A stretch of DNA of 64,000 nucleotides from Eledone cirrhosa (GCA_964016885.1 OZ024742.1:330460001-330524000), one strand, 5' to 3'; positions 1-14,791 are shown, numbered from the stretch's first letter. Notes: generated from the letters alone by a model not told the origin. A program made the numbers and translations.

Positions 1-470
1 CAGCTTTTTTCACACATGGGAAACCTTTCGTCTCGTTGAAATAAAAATGTTTCTCAGAAATGATCCGTTTTAATCCAAGAAAATCTTGAACTAAGCTTAG
101 TTCTTGTGCAGGATCTGATATCAATTGTTCACCGCTTACAAAATGCATTTGAGAAAGAGGAAAATAATGAAGCCATCGCTCTAAGAATTTTGCGTAGACC
201 CCAATGCGTATTATATTCCGACTTGTGTCTACAATTCGGGTCGAGGTATTGAGGAATGCAAGTTCTTCGAAACGTTTCATCTGATTCATACGTTTTGAAG
301 CAAGTTGCGTATAATCTGATATGGCTCTTGTGACAGGATCCCGAACAATAACAAGTATTTTCATCTCTTTTGACATGTTGAAGATCCTTTTGGGAACTTC
401 CTTCGTTATGAAATAACTCGGAGTCTTTTCTATCGTCATCTGTCCGTCTATAGTGGCCGGCATTTTCTTC
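1..470 (-). CDS. HS3ST: Coding exon of a heparan sulfate glucosamine 3-O-sulfotransferase (HS3ST family); continues past the left window edge
   Basis: Manual minus-strand translation after the acceptor ttttcAG (AG at 472-471, phase 2): [55 protein letters not shown]...[87 protein letters not shown] (3'-PAPS binding) and FNxTKGFPC are HS3ST hallmarks. The ORF track entry 129..503 is a different frame. Confidence 0.93.
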
Positions 471-2310
471 CTGAAAAGAAAGGGAAATATTATTATTTTT
501 CACGTTTAGGTATATAAGTTGTTAGCTATACAAAAGCTAAAAGAAATTAAAATATTGAACCTCAAATGTGCAATGATAAATGGCGAAAACATTTTAAACA
601 TAATACTTGTTATCAAAATGAGGAAAAAATACATATTTCGGGAAGAAAGACTTCTAAACTACAATGTATTAACGTTATCAACTGCTTTTCTGACTTGTAT
701 TACCACTTTTAACTAATCTGTTCAAGCTAACTGACCTCTGGCTCCAATTACACACGCTATGGGAGAGATACTGTAACTATGTGTTGTATAAACTTGATCT
801 CGTATATAAATAATTCATACAATAAAGGGAATGAGCATCTGTCACAAGTAGTACGCAGATTCACTGTAAAATAATTTTTTGAAAACCAAAGGGAAAGCAA
901 TATAAAGAATAACTGAAAGAGAATGTTTAGAAAATAAGTAATGCACAATTATCTAGACATACATAGTAAAGCACGCAGAATATGAAAGATTGCGTAAGGT
1001 AGAAATATTATAGACCAATAATATATATATATATACTTAAAACACATCGTAACAATCGGAAAATAAGATAATGTGCAGTAACACATTAGCCTCTTTAGTA
1101 ATATGTTTTAGATGTAATATTCTATTTTAAGTGACTTACTAAGACTACACGCAGATAAATACAGTATTGTCTTAAGTGCATTTGAAATACATCACTTGGA
1201 ATCCTAAGCAGAGGGATTATATTTAATTATACATCATATCGTACTAGAACATTATAACATAAAGATCTAGAATAAGGCGGAAAAATATTTGCTTGAATAT
1301 CGAGAAGCTTCATGAAAAGAAACCATATATATCAGTGGCTGACAAAACAAAGAGGTGCAACATAGAGGACATTTGTTTTAAACGCTTTCCTTATCTAAAT
1401 CATGCTAAAATGTTAGAAGGAAAAGCATATCTTTAACCAAATCGTGATCAAATCGAGGCGGAGATGTTTGTAAACAAAGCGCGTAATACTGAATTAAAAA
1501 TATATGGAGAGTATTTACAACAATTTCCCGATATGCTGAATTTTTGAAGAACCATGACAATGTTCAGTCTTTTTTAGTCGTAACTAAACTGGCTTATACT
1601 TAGAGACATTCAATTGGTGTAGTCTTATTACTCTACAGATTAGGGCCGTTTATTCAACTGCTCTCAAAATTGTCCAAATGACCACAATTTGGAATGCAAC
1701 TATTACTGAAATCTGAGAGTGTAAGCCTCCATCGAACGGATTTATTTAACGAGCCGTCAGGATGAATTACCTTGATTTTCTGAAGTCAAAATATGCAGAT
1801 ATAATGAGAGCGAAATTGAGATGGGACATTGCCCACAAACCACACATATGATACTCATTCAGAAGATATAACTAATGTGCAATACTATTTACGTGAGCGT
1901 AATCTAGAGAGAAGGGAGTTAGACTGGTGATAGTAATGTTCTGCGTCATCATTCAAGAACGGGCAGAGAGTTTCTTTTTTCAAACGCTATACTTCATTTC
2001 CATTTTCACCAGTCAACGTAGGAGAAAATTACTACCAGCAGTAGCAGCTGGGAGTTAACCCTGCGATAGACAGTTCTTTTAAAGCCAAACGACCTCGTAT
2101 AAACTCGAGGCGGATAAGCGTTGGGTATTGGAGAGAATGTCAACATTTTGTAATGAGCAAACATAGCTACGTTAGAATATGTACACGCATTACATTGACA
2201 CAATCACACAGACATTAACCTACTGCTATTTAACTTTATGAGAAGACTATTCAAATAGGGCTAAGAATCGAAGTAATAAACAGCTAAAACATTGCTCTCA
2301 CTACCCTACG

Positions 2311-2550
<240 letters not shown>

Positions 2551-3559
2551 TATATATATATAAATTTACTTAAAAATACGTTTTTACAGAAGTAATGGGT
2601 CAAATACAAAACATTAAAATAAATTCGTGGATTACAAACCTCCCATCCGATTATCTAAATACCATAAATTCTTTCAAACATTAAGTAGTTGTAAACACTC
2701 TACCTGGCCTTCCTTCATAATGCTTTCTTTATTTCTTTGAGTCAATCAATTTATCTCAAATAATGTTAAATTCGTAAACGTCGGAATATAGGAAACTTAA
2801 AGATCGTTGACGAGAGAAGAAATATCTCATCAAGAATAACTGTGTATATATAGTGGCAAAATATAAATTATTGACAAACCACAGTGGACATTTAGATGTA
2901 AGATGTAACACACGCAAAGCTTACGAAAAATGCCCTATGTAAGTCCTGTTCTGGCAGAACATAACTACCTTTCGGAAGGTGAAAACAAATTTAAATCTAC
3001 AAATAATATTAAATGCGTTATTAACTATGTCGATATGAATGTTATTGCACCTAACTTTCCCAGTCTGGGTCGTACACAAACTGTAGAAAGATACCTCATG
3101 TTCATTGGATTTCAACCAAACTAAACATAATATAGACGTAAATATCAAATTATCTCTTTGTTTACCTTTAGGGATTATTAATAAGAATCGAAGAATATTT
3201 CGTAAAAAAACATTGTAAGTTTGTTTCGTTTATTACATCATGAGGTTCGATAATTGAAATGTTTAGACTAAAATGTGTTTTCATTGTCCACTACATAGGT
3301 AGTTATAATTTTACCTGTTTCTACAATTGACTGAAGGGTAACAATTCCATGGGAAGGGTACATCACTTACATTGAACTCGGTGCGTAACTCGTGTATTGA
3401 ACCGTAAGGCAATTCAAACTTCGGTGAGATACAAACTCAGTCAGTAATGGAATGTAAATACATGCAGAAAAGTATATTGTCCGACGATCTACCGATCCTG
3501 TCAATCCGCCGGCCTTAATAGTTTTTCTTGAAGCTACAAGCCCAACGATATTGGTGCGG

Positions 3560-3730
3560 GGGTGATTACCTCGATCCTAGTACATTATTAGTACGTTATT
3601 CCATCGACTCCGTAAGGATGAAAGGCAAAGCTATCGTCAGCAGGATTTGAAATCAATACTTAAAGGGCCGTAACTCTAGGCTACGAAATATGTTGTCTGA
3701 CCCACAAACAATACTGCCGATTCCCCACGC
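3560..3730 (-). mobile_element. Degenerate tRNA-derived SINE of the 47358-47550 family
   Basis: ccgtaaggatgaaaggcaaag...gatttgaa...aagggccgtaactcta is the reverse complement of that SINE body. Confidence 0.7.
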
Positions 3731-4199
3731 TAGTAATTATAGAAATAATAGAACATTTAATAAATATACCTAACAATAGAAGAAATAAAGAGAACAATTA
3801 AACATATCATCAAGGACATGTTCGCCAATTGTGGGGGTTTGAATTTTAGGGTAATATCAGAGAGAAACTGCTCAAAATACCCGGATTACTATATTCCTTC
3901 ACAGGCATTAAAAGTGATTTCTTCTAGTTTCCTTCCTCCAGCATAGAAAACTTACTCAAATCCCCCCATTCAGCGTCAAATATTGCCGCTTTCACCCATC
4001 TTTCAGAAAACACACAATAATGCAGCATATAAATCTCTACGGTCTTCCTTCATCCTATCTACCAGACAGAAGGATTTGACAAGCAACTGTTCTAAGAGAA
4101 GGTAGTCGTTTATTCTCCTCTATATATTGGCCGTATAGTTTGAACTTTCCTGAATTTGATAGCAGTTTTTCTATATAAGCATACATTTCATGGACAGGT

Positions 4200-4950
4200 G
4201 GCGATAGCATGTAGGAAGTATTCGTTACTCAGTGTACATCTAGAAGAGGCCAGGTTGTTGGAAGTTACATGCGATGAGCGACAGGCATCACTTTACTTGC
4301 CAGTTGCTCAACCTTACTCCGATTTTGACATACGATTTTAACGCGTTCTACAAGAAGGGCTACGGGAAGACATATCATACGAAAGGTGTGCATAGTAGAT
4401 TGGCTTCACATTCATTGTAATGATCGGTTCGATACTTGTAATGATTACACTGGCATTTTAACCACAACACCTGTGTGCACGTCAAGAGTGATGGCATCCC
4501 AAGGCTAGAATTAAGTGGGCCTTGTTAGCAAATGGAATTATCATTCTACGAGAATTCTAAGATCATGCGATCTAATCTGGTCAGGTGTTTGGTGATGGAT
4601 AATGATAACGACGGACATGGATGCCATGTCGAAGTTTGCCATCTCTGCTTCACTTTTGAGGAAGAGTTTTCTCTCTACTTATTTCGAAGTGGAATTGGCT
4701 ATATGTATCGTTACTTCTTCACAGATTTTGTCTGACTGGAGTTCCGGTCTAAAACAGACTCCAAACACTCCGATCGCCATTGTCTAACCTTACCACATAC
4801 CGAGTTTTAATTCCACTAATTTCTCCCGGTTAATTCAGGCAGCAGTAACCTGCTGATATTCTTCAATTGTGATACTGGCTACTGCTAAATTTGAGTGTTT
4901 GACACCATGAACGTGACGTCCTCCGCGCATACAACCTTGGTTTTTCCATG
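4200..4950 (-). mobile_element. Possible highly decayed LINE ORF1 (zinc-knuckle) remnant
   Basis: Locally higher GC. Broken minus-strand frames give RC..KCQ..H-like residues. Many stops; weak. Confidence 0.2.
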
Positions 4951-6132
4951 GTTAGGTTCTCCGCAGCAATGACACTAACATTGACACATAGATACAACGG
5001 ATTTGAATCGTCCCAGCAAAGTTTAGATTCATGTTCTTTATTTACGAAGGATAGTATATAAGAATAAGGTAATAACAAATATGAACATTTAAAATATACA
5101 CAGCGGGAAAACAATAGGTAGCACGCACATACATCTCATAAATTAACAAGAAATATATAATATACCTGATGCTGTGAGCTTTCTGCTGAATTTAACATTT
5201 CAGAATTCATCACAGCATTATATTATTGACTGATTAGTATATTTCGGTATTTACGCGCGTAGATTTATAGTTTAAATGATTTATTTTATGGAAATATTTT
5301 TATTAACTATACAGGTGCATTTAAGAAATTTCTCATTGAATAATTGTCATTAAGATTTTGAAGACATATGTATGGATGTAAGGAGCTTCTGGTTTTATGA
5401 GTTGTATAAATTTGTAAATTGAGGGTATTATCTAGGAGATTAACACTCGTTTAGTTATTGCGCTTGTAATTGATATGTGAATGTATTGAATGTATTATGG
5501 AAACCAAGCCTCCTTATAACAACCATTGCAGATAATATAACCTTTGTTAATTTCTTGAGTTCAACAAAAGATTGTGCCAAAGTATTTTAAGAAATGATCG
5601 TTTCATACATATTATTTTGATGCAAATCTACAGACATTGTTTGCCAATTATTTAATTAAGTTGAATGTTTCTTTGAGAGATGGATATATTTGTATGGAAC
5701 AAATGCCAAATCCTACTAGATATAAAGGAATTATAAGGCAACATAAGTTATCATCATACGGATTTTTGCCTAATTTCAACTGATTTGAATACACGTGTGC
5801 GATTCTCGCCGTATTTCGCCATGTATGTACCATGAATTCGATGTCAGCATTTCACGAACACTGCGTACAGTAGTGACATTAATACATGCTAGAATGTACG
5901 AATTAATTAAATATAAAAGAAATATAGTTATCTAACATAGGTGTGGTATTTCTAATATACGAGGCTTATGTATTCTCCGGCATTTGGCTGCAACCATACT
6001 GAGGCGCTATCGTGAAATATTTCAGTTGGGCACATCGATACCAGTGACTACATTCTGGTAACTATTTTACTGATCACCATTTATAAACCGCTTTGTTACT
6101 GGATATCAGTACAAACGCACACACATACATAC

Positions 6133-6223
<91 letters not shown>

Positions 6224-6643
6224 ACTTGACAGTTTGATTTAATATATTTAAGACAAAGCCAATTTCATTTAGTGTATCACTTTACTATCCCTGGCAATCA
6301 GGTAATCTTAAACCTGTAACATTTCTTCACTATTTATTTGTCCTACTTTTGTAATGTCAAAGACATAATGTTTAAAATATAGGAACCACAAACCTGTTCG
6401 TCCAAGAACAAATGATGATCTAGCAAGAAATATCAACAGAATTTTACAGAAAACACACATATTTTGAAACGTACCGGATAATGCAGATAACACAGTCTTA
6501 AATGCAAAACGTGTGAATGTTGGATGAATTCAAACTTGAATTGAATATTAAAAAACTATCGAATTTTACAGATATCTCACTTAATAGTTCTACTTTAATC
6601 ATGCTTCATCTATTCCTACATTTCTCTTTCGCACTCCCAACCC

Positions 6644-6800
<157 letters not shown>

Positions 6801-7557
6801 TGCCTATCTATATTTGTATCTCTAGAAACAAGGAAGACGCAGCCATTACGATGCTAGCATGTGTACTGTGTATATTGATATTATATGCAAGTATATATAC
6901 ATGTAGATATGATACAACAAATAAAATCGTAATTGACAATATACACAGAAATTGAAGAGAGTCTGTGTCACACTGACTTATGTAATCAGTAACGTAATCC
7001 ATGAAACATTTAAAAAAAAGACGATATTATACATAAACTGCATTAGGAGAAAATTAGTGACAGAAAATCAATATGTTTATTTAAGCGATCGCCACCGGAA
7101 GTGCTGATATTTGAAAATGATAAAGAAGTGAATCTTTAAATAAATACTCGATAAATACTCGATAAATACTCGATAAATTATGTAATATTCATTAATTATT
7201 TATTCAAAGTAATCCAACTTATTTTACTAATGGGATAAACATTATAAACCGTATGCAGTCCCGCGCTTCTTACTTTATTATAGTTTAGATTGTATGCGTA
7301 TAAGCTGCCTATCTCAAGATGAAATTTGAAATAGTCCAGATATTGAGATTTCAAATAATCATCAAAGGAACATGTGTTACTGGGTATGAAAGTGAGAACA
7401 ATGACGTAGAAATACCTCCGGCGCAATAAGATGTTTATGTCTTTAAGATCAGTATTTCACATATTTAGTATCCAGAGGGACATGCAGTAACATGAAGAAA
7501 CATAAATTTAACACGTAGAAGGCGGAAAACAGATTAACTTACACAAAAATAAAACTG

Positions 7558-7619
<62 letters not shown>

Positions 7620-9699
7620 GTGTGTGTGTTTGTGTGTGTGGGTGTGTGTGTATGTGATTTCGGGATGATTGTATACGTATGTGCGCGTACTGTTGTAGGC
7701 ACACCAGTGTGCGCTCGTGTGGTTGTATCAGTCTACTTATATCGGATAACATGGTTGTTTTCTTTAAACCTCAAGTCGGATTATTTTTGTTTGTTTTTTA
7801 GTTTTTAAGCTTTTAAAGTACTTTACCGTTCGTTTATTCAAGTCAAGGAATTGCTGTGTCATTACGATTTTGGTTTTAAAAAATCATGTTTAAATAGTTT
7901 ATACAGCCGTTTAAAACACGTGTTTGACTGCCACCTAACAAGAACAGCTATTGGAAACCTATTTACTTTGTAATTCTAGCAAGCTTGACATTTAGAAAAA
8001 ATAATTTACTTCACATGTCTAATATGCGGTCAATGGTTTTTAAAGGCAGATGTTGCCCCCTAAAACGAATTGTCACAATAAAATAAATGCATACAAAATC
8101 TGTGTGTAAATATGTCGGATGATAAAATTGTTTATAAATTTACAAGTATATTTTTATTAGATTGAAATACACGTCTAGTTAAAGTAGACGTTTATGAATT
8201 ATTAGAATTTTGTTATGTTTTAACTCACATATTAAAAGAGAGGAGCAATATGTCCACAAACTGTTATGTTCCAATAGACGATAATAATACGAATTTTGCG
8301 AACCTGTTCCATCGATCGAACTGGATAAAATGTTTTTGTAGTTATTTCATTATATCGAGTCCTGAAAAATAAAAGGCAAATTAGATGCCACGAGGCATGT
8401 TTTTCATAGCTTTTCCGTTAGCCTATATGTATATTCAACTTTCGTTTTTAATCGGGACTTGCGCGAATCAGACACGACCACACAGAAAAGAAAAAAACTC
8501 CAGTATTTTAAAATAAAATAAACTAATGCATACATCATCATCCTTCGCGCAGGGTATCAAGGGACATAGTCAATCATTATGTAGAGCGGCCTGTTCAAGA
8601 AATATATTGTAGTCTCCATGTAATGCTTGTTCAGAAGGAAGCAAATCTTAAGAATTTGCACCTGGAAGGTTAGAACACTTAGAGGTAAGGAGAAGGAACT
8701 ACTGGAGGTGGAGAAAGGGCATAATAACCGGTGCTACCGGCTAGTTATAGTCGGTATTGTGTGCCTCTGATTTTGTGTATTTTGTTGGAGTATGGTAATT
8801 TACTATACAACTGTAGTTCCAGAATTAACTGTCAGAATGATTTATAAACTGGATCCCACCAGAAAGAAAGGATGGTTTACCCAGGACGATTGACACATTT
8901 GTACGAGTGATGGAAGGCATTATGCTGAATTAAGTTCACGAACTAATTTGGTTGTTACAGTAAGCAATCATAAGGAGGCAGCTGTGAAAGCCAATAATCT
9001 ATAGCTCCTTATTCGTACTAAACTTTACCAATGGTCATAAATATTAACCGACTGAATACAATTGCGAGTACAAGCGTCCCGAATGTGCTTCATTCGAAAA
9101 GTAACATTACTTTAGCCTGACAAGAACTTTTGGAAGGGGCGCTTGGGGTATCTTCCTCACACCCTTTCACACCCTTTCAAAAATAAGTTGGCGTTGGCAA
9201 AGATTAAGAATAATATTTATTTATCCGTGTAGTATTTTTACTCAGTTTTTTTTATTTGTTTCGCTGCTGTCAATAACGAGCACGGCTTAAAGTATTGCAG
9301 ATTTATACACGTTTGTATAATGAAATTAGATATATAATTTACATCGATGAATGAAAAAATCTCAAAAAATCTTTACCGCATAGCAGCGTGTTGGAAATTT
9401 TCCAAGTCGTAGAGATGTAAATATACTGTTATGACCGATTTCATGCAATGTTGTGGGTGGGTTCGGAAATTATAACGGAAAGTGCATAACGTACAAAATT
9501 GTGATTTAAAATACATTTTGGGGGACGGTAACACACAAAATAAAAAGATGAAGGCGCACCTTTGGACTTAGTCTAGAGCTCTAGTTTTATCGATGACACC
9601 GTTGTGCATGTATAGTGTATGATTATATTTCATGAGGAATGGAATCCAGAAAATATTGAATCCTTCTTCAACATTATAATGTAAATATGCCATCTCTCT

Positions 9700-9792
<93 letters not shown>

Positions 9793-9843
9793 TCTCTCTC
9801 TATCTCTCTCTCCCTCTCTCTCTCTCCCTATATATATATATGT

Positions 9844-9960
9844 GAAGGCGTGTGGCTGAGTGGTTAGAGAATTGGATTCCCAATCGTAAGGTTGTGAGTT
9901 CGATTCCTGGACCAGGTGATGCGTTATGTCCTTGAGCAAGACACTTTATTTCACGTTGCT
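9844..9960 (+). mobile_element. tRNA-derived SINE head with CORE-like segment, 3'-truncated
   Basis: A box tggctgagtggttag, B box gagttcgattcc, then tgtccttgagcaagacactttatttcacgttgct. Homologous to 27041-27150. Confidence 0.85.
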
Positions 9961-10151
9961 CCTTCTACCTGGAGTTGCGACCGATAGATAGTATTAGCAA
10001 TTGGAAAGACTAAGGGAAGCATTGTTCCCTCGGTCCGATTTGACGAAAGTCGATCGTTCCTTAAAATCATCATCATCAACAACCACAGCAGCATCAGCAA
10101 CAATAACAACAACAACAACCGACCAGTACATATTTTGCGGAACTGCAACTA

Positions 10152-10751
10152 ATGATTTCTGCTCTGAGAAGGGAAGTTGCAGGAATAGAGGCAAGCATTC
10201 GGGTAGGACCCCACAATGAGGGGTCTTATCGGAATGCCTTGCTAAAGAATCTCCCTGTACCTCTTGCTGAAAAGACTGAAAAGACTGCGGAATCTGCTAA
10301 GTATGAAGTGATTGCCATTGGGGTACCAGAGGACAAGGCTGATCTTCAGGCATTTGCTGCCAGCTCAGCCAAAGACCTAGGCTGTGTTCCCCCAAAGGGT
10401 GCTCTCCGCCTTGGTCGACCTGGTCCAAAACCCAGACTCATCAGACTGTCTTTTTCGGACCCCGCAGAGGCAACCTCATATCATCTGGCCTCTGCTAAAG
10501 CTGGGCGTGAAAATCGGATTACCTTCCGAACACGCCCAGGCCTACCCTCCCATGTACGTCCAAAGCTACGTGCTGCAGCTTCCTTGAATCGGAACTCAGC
10601 ACAAGAGGAATGTTTTAGTATGCGTGATGATGGGCAGATCTGGAGGTTTGTCAAGGCTGGTGAAACGTGGAAGAGAGATACCAGCTGGTCTGAGTGTGAT
10701 CTACCCACAATAACTGGCAATGTAAAAACTGCTACAACTCTGGGAAACTAA
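10152..10751 (+). CDS. LINE ORF1-like protein (C-terminal part)
   Basis: 199-aa frame directly upstream of the APE domain. RLGRPGPKPRLIRLSF resembles the RLG...RP motif of CR1/L2 ORF1 proteins. Confidence 0.6.
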   Translation: MISALRREVAGIEASIRVGPHNEGSYRNALLKNLPVPLAEKTEKTAESAKYEVIAIGVPEDKADLQAFAASSAKDLGCVPPKGALRLGRPGPKPRLIRLSFSDPAEATSYHLASAKAGRENRITFRTRPGLPSHVRPKLRAAASLNRNSAQEECFSMRDDGQIWRFVKAGETWKRDTSWSECDLPTITGNVKTATTLGN

Positions 10752-10807
10752 ACCAGAACAACCTGCCACCCTCTACACACCATCATAAACTGCGAGCAGG
10801 GTACAAA

Positions 10808-13570
10808 TTGTTGTCCTTAAATGCTCGCAGTTTATGCAACAAGATACACCTGTTCGAATACTACGTCAGAAGCATCGACCCTGACTTCATCACAGTCACG
10901 GAAACATGGGCACATTCCTTACTCTGTGATGGGGTTTTCAGCATTACTGGGTACAACCTTTTCCGCAAGGACCGCATTAACCGCCGTGGTGGGGGTGTGA
11001 TGGTCTACGTTCGTTCAAACTTTTCGGTAATTCCTTGCGTTGATTTGAACGAATCACAGGAAGAAGTTTTTTTCTGTGACATACGTATGACCATGTCAAC
11101 ACTTCTGCTTGGTGTTGTTTATCGCCCCCCAAACTATCATCAGGACACACAGCTTTGCGATATCCTCAGAGTTGCTGCCAAGAAAACAGCCACTTATGTG
11201 TTTATTGCAGGTGACTTCAATCATCCTGAGATCGATTGGGAAACCTTTCGTTGGCCACAAGGTGCAAACGATTTCCTTGAACTAGTGCTGGACTCAAACT
11301 GGTCACAAATAGTCACCTCTCCAACAAGAGGTGACAACACTTTGGACCTGATCTTCACCACTAATCCTGAAGTGGTTATCAGTTGTACTACTGAGGAACC
11401 TCTAGGCGACTCTGATCATGCTATGATCATTGCCAATCTGGCACTTGAGGGCAGCAACAAAAACCAGAGCCATCTCCAATCTGCTTGCTTTGATTGGAAG
11501 AGGGCGGATTGGAACTTGTACTGCACTGAGCTGCAGCGCCCAAACTGGCATGATATGTATAACTCTGGAGATGTGAACTCTATACTCCAGAGCATCCTGG
11601 ACTCAATATGGATAGCGTGTGCAGCATCAGTGCCACGGAAGCGGAAAAATAACCACTCCAAAAGTGCAATCTGGGAAACTTCAGCGGTCCGACATGCCAG
11701 GAAAGAACGTCGGAACGCTGAACGGGAATATAAACTGCATAAATCAGATGCCAACAGAAAAAAGCGGAATAAATCGTCTAACCATCTCAAGCAAGTGACA
11801 AAGAAGGCAGTGCTTGAATTTGAACAGTGCATCGCAACCAATCCTGACAGTAAGGTGTTCTAGAAATATGTTCATTCAAAGCAGAGACCTCACTCTCCAG
11901 TTGGTCCTCTTCGCAATCCCCACACAAGCCAGATCACTGATGATCCCAAGGAATGCGCAGAACTCATTGCTGAGTGCTATGCAAGTATTTTTACTGTTGA
12001 AAACCAGAACGTGCAATCTCCACCATCTCTAACATCAAATTCCATAACAACTATGGAATTTACACCTGCAATGTTGCGACGTCACCTTAAGAATAAGCGC
12101 AACTATGCCTCCCCTGGTTTGATGGTGTGACATACCTGCTTCTCAAACGTGGCGGGTATTTCCTTTTGCGCCAGCTTTCTTTCTTCTTTCAATACTGTCT
12201 CAACAATGGTGCTACTCCGGAGCAGTGGAAAACTGCCAGTGTCATTCCCCTGTTCAAAAAGGGCAACCGCATGTCACCCGTCAACTATCGTCCAGTCAGT
12301 CCTACTAGCTGTATGGCCAAACTGATGGAATCCTGTGTCAGAGAAACACTTTGGAACTTCTGGAGCTCTCACAGCCTCATCCGGCCCTCACAGTTTGGAT
12401 TTATCCCTAACTCCAGCTGCTGTGATCAGCTTATCGAGTTCCTTGAGGACATCACCCGGAACAATGACAGCGGCTCATGGGTGGATGTTGTTTACCTTGA
12501 CTTTGCTAAGGCTTTTAATTCTGTGCCACACAAAAGACTTATGGCAACACTCTCTGCAATGGGTGTGAGGGATGATCTTTAAGACTGGTTGAAATCCTTC
12601 ATTCTCAGCCTAAAAGAAGTAGTCACGGTTCTAGGTCAGCATTATTCACCATATGAGATGTCATCTGGTGTACTACAGGGATCTGTTCTTGATCCTCTTT
12701 TGTTTGTGGCATATATTAATGACATAGATGCCAACTTACAGAATGCCACGGTACTAAAATATGCAGATGACATCAAGCTGTACCTTGAAATCAAAAGACT
12801 GATCCTGAAATTTACAACTCTTTCCTACAATCAGACCTGGACACAATGCAGCAATGGATCACAGACTGGCAACTGAAGCTGGCTGTGGACAAGTGTACCA
12901 CCATGCATTTTGGAAGGAAAATCCAGCGTCCACATACTCCCTCCACAACACTGATATCAAAAAGTCCTCTTGTGAACGTGACCTGGCCATTACTGTCAGC
13001 AACGATTTGCGTTGGACAAAGCATGTCTCTAAGATTGTCAAGAAGGCCGAGGGTGTCTTGACATCACTCAGCAAGACCTTTGTTAACCGCTCTCCAGCCA
13101 TCTATTTAAAACTGTATACAGCTATGGTGCGACCACACTTGGAATTCGCATCATCAGTCTGGAACCCCTATCTTGCTCAAAACATTGACCTCCTGGAAAC
13201 TGTTCAGAGACGTGCAACCAAGCGCATACCCTCCATCAGACACCTACCATACTCTGAACGCCTTGCTTCCCTGGGCATGGATTCATTGAAGCTCCGACGT
13301 CTGGCAATGGACTTGGTGAATACCCACAACATTTTTAACCATCTCGCCAATTGCAACCCTGAGCGCCTCTTTGATCTCCATGTGTCTAACACACCTGGAC
13401 ATGCCTACAAGATCAGAAAACAGCACAGCTCCCATGACTTTCGTAGACATTTTTTCACGCTCAGAGTTGCTGAAGCATGGAACAAACTGCCTGCGTCAAT
13501 TGTTAGCTGCCGAGACACTGCATCCTTTAAGACACTCATGCTTCCCGAAATACGCCAAAACTACACCTGA
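10808..13570 (+). pseudogene. LINE ORF2 (APE endonuclease plus reverse transcriptase) with stops and frameshifts
   Basis: APE: LNARSL, VTETW, RGGGV, VYRPP, GDFNHP, TLDLIFT, SDH. RT: NYRPVS, QFGF, LDFAKAFNSV, GVLQGSVL, YADD, RPHLEFASSVWNP, VQRRATK. Split over four track ORFs. Confidence 0.92.
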
Positions 13571-14000
13571 TGTACCCCTTCCATACACATGCACACATGT
13601 GTGTATCATGACTCGTGCACTGTTCATTTTACTGATGTTTGTGCATTGCCCTATGTACTGTACATGCACTTTTTTGATGAGTTGTGGTGCACCTGGGCAC
13701 TGTACACAATATTTCATTATTGTTGTTGTTATTATATCATGACTCATACACTGTACATTTTCCTGACACTTTATTATTCTATGTACTATACATGCACCTT
13801 TGATGAGTTGTAGTGCACCTGAGCACTGAACACAATAATTTCATTATTATATTATTATTATTATAATATATATATAGAGAGAGAGAATCGTTCAAAATAA
13901 ACTTAAGATGTATAAGCTACAAAATGTTGTTTTGAATCTGAGAATTGGGTAATAAATTAGATATAAAAGCCCCTGGATATAAAAGAGTAACATTTCAACG

Positions 14001-14073
<73 letters not shown>

Positions 14074-14290
14074 TATGTATAAGCACATACATATATGTAT
14101 ACAGACGTATAGTAGTATGTATATATATATATATACATACATGCACACATATATATATATATATATATGTACGTATGGATTCACCGAATATTTATTATAA
14201 TGCTCGGTGTGTGTGTAAACAAACAACCCGAATTAAGCCGTACAGTGTCTAGCAACCATCGTTGCTCATTTGTTCAATACTGACATAGGA

Positions 14291-14333
14291 ACGCTGTACT
14301 AGTTTCAAGCTTATTAGCTATCGTCAGCAACGT
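14291..14333 (-). ncRNA. Minimal type I hammerhead ribozyme candidate
   Basis: Minus strand acgttg CTGACGA t-agct-aata-agct-t GAAA CTAG TA cagcgt. Stem I 6 bp (one G.U), intact core, palindromic stem III ACTAGT. The first stem II pair is a mismatch. Confidence 0.65.
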
Positions 14334-14350
14334 ATATCTTCCTGCCAGAT

Positions 14351-14390
14351 GGTTGAACGTCTGAAAGTATATACTTTCAGACGTTCAACC
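14351..14390. repeat. Perfect 40-bp palindrome
   Basis: ggttgaacgtctgaaagtat|atactttcagacgttcaacc. Confidence 0.95.
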
Positions 14391-14759
14391 AAAGCGTTCC
14401 TTTGTCAGTGTTTCTCCAGCATACATTGAACTAAGAAAAAGGCATTCTCGTTGACTAAGAAACGTAACATTCATTATCAGGACCGATATAATGGTAATTA
14501 CGTATGTATGAATATGATTTGTATTTAGAACTGAATTCTTTATTTCTGGTTATACATACATAAATACATGCTCGCGCGCACACACAAAAACACGCACTCA
14601 TATATATATATATATATCAAATAACGTATTTACACACATATATATATATATATATCAAATAACGTATTTTCTCTGATTGAATATACACACACACACACAC
14701 ACACAGACACACAAACACACACACACACACACATATATATACATATATATATATATATT

Positions 14760-14791
<32 letters not shown>

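Larger units (their letters stand above)
9970..13865 (+). mobile_element. Near full-length, inactivated CR1-type LINE (ORF1 plus APE-RT ORF2, duplicated 3' end, (ATT)n tail)
   Basis: ORF1-like frame 10152-10751. ORF2 has APE and RT motifs. The 3' terminal unit is repeated at about 13654-13735 and 13782-13865, each ending in an att/gtt-rich tail. Confidence 0.9.

Noticed and set aside
129-503. ORF track 124-aa minus ORF
   Set aside because: Wrong frame. The real coding frame is the overlapping HS3ST exon.
5167-5220. Hairpin of about 54 nt, possible pre-miRNA
   Set aside because: Short, bulged stem with no recognisable mature sequence.
7141-7178. 11-bp tandem (aaatactcgat) x3 resembling a stretch near 50478
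   Set aside because: Too short and AT-rich to infer a relationship. Likely slippage.
9844-9915. tRNA gene
   Set aside because: A and B boxes run into a SINE body, and there is no complete cloverleaf.
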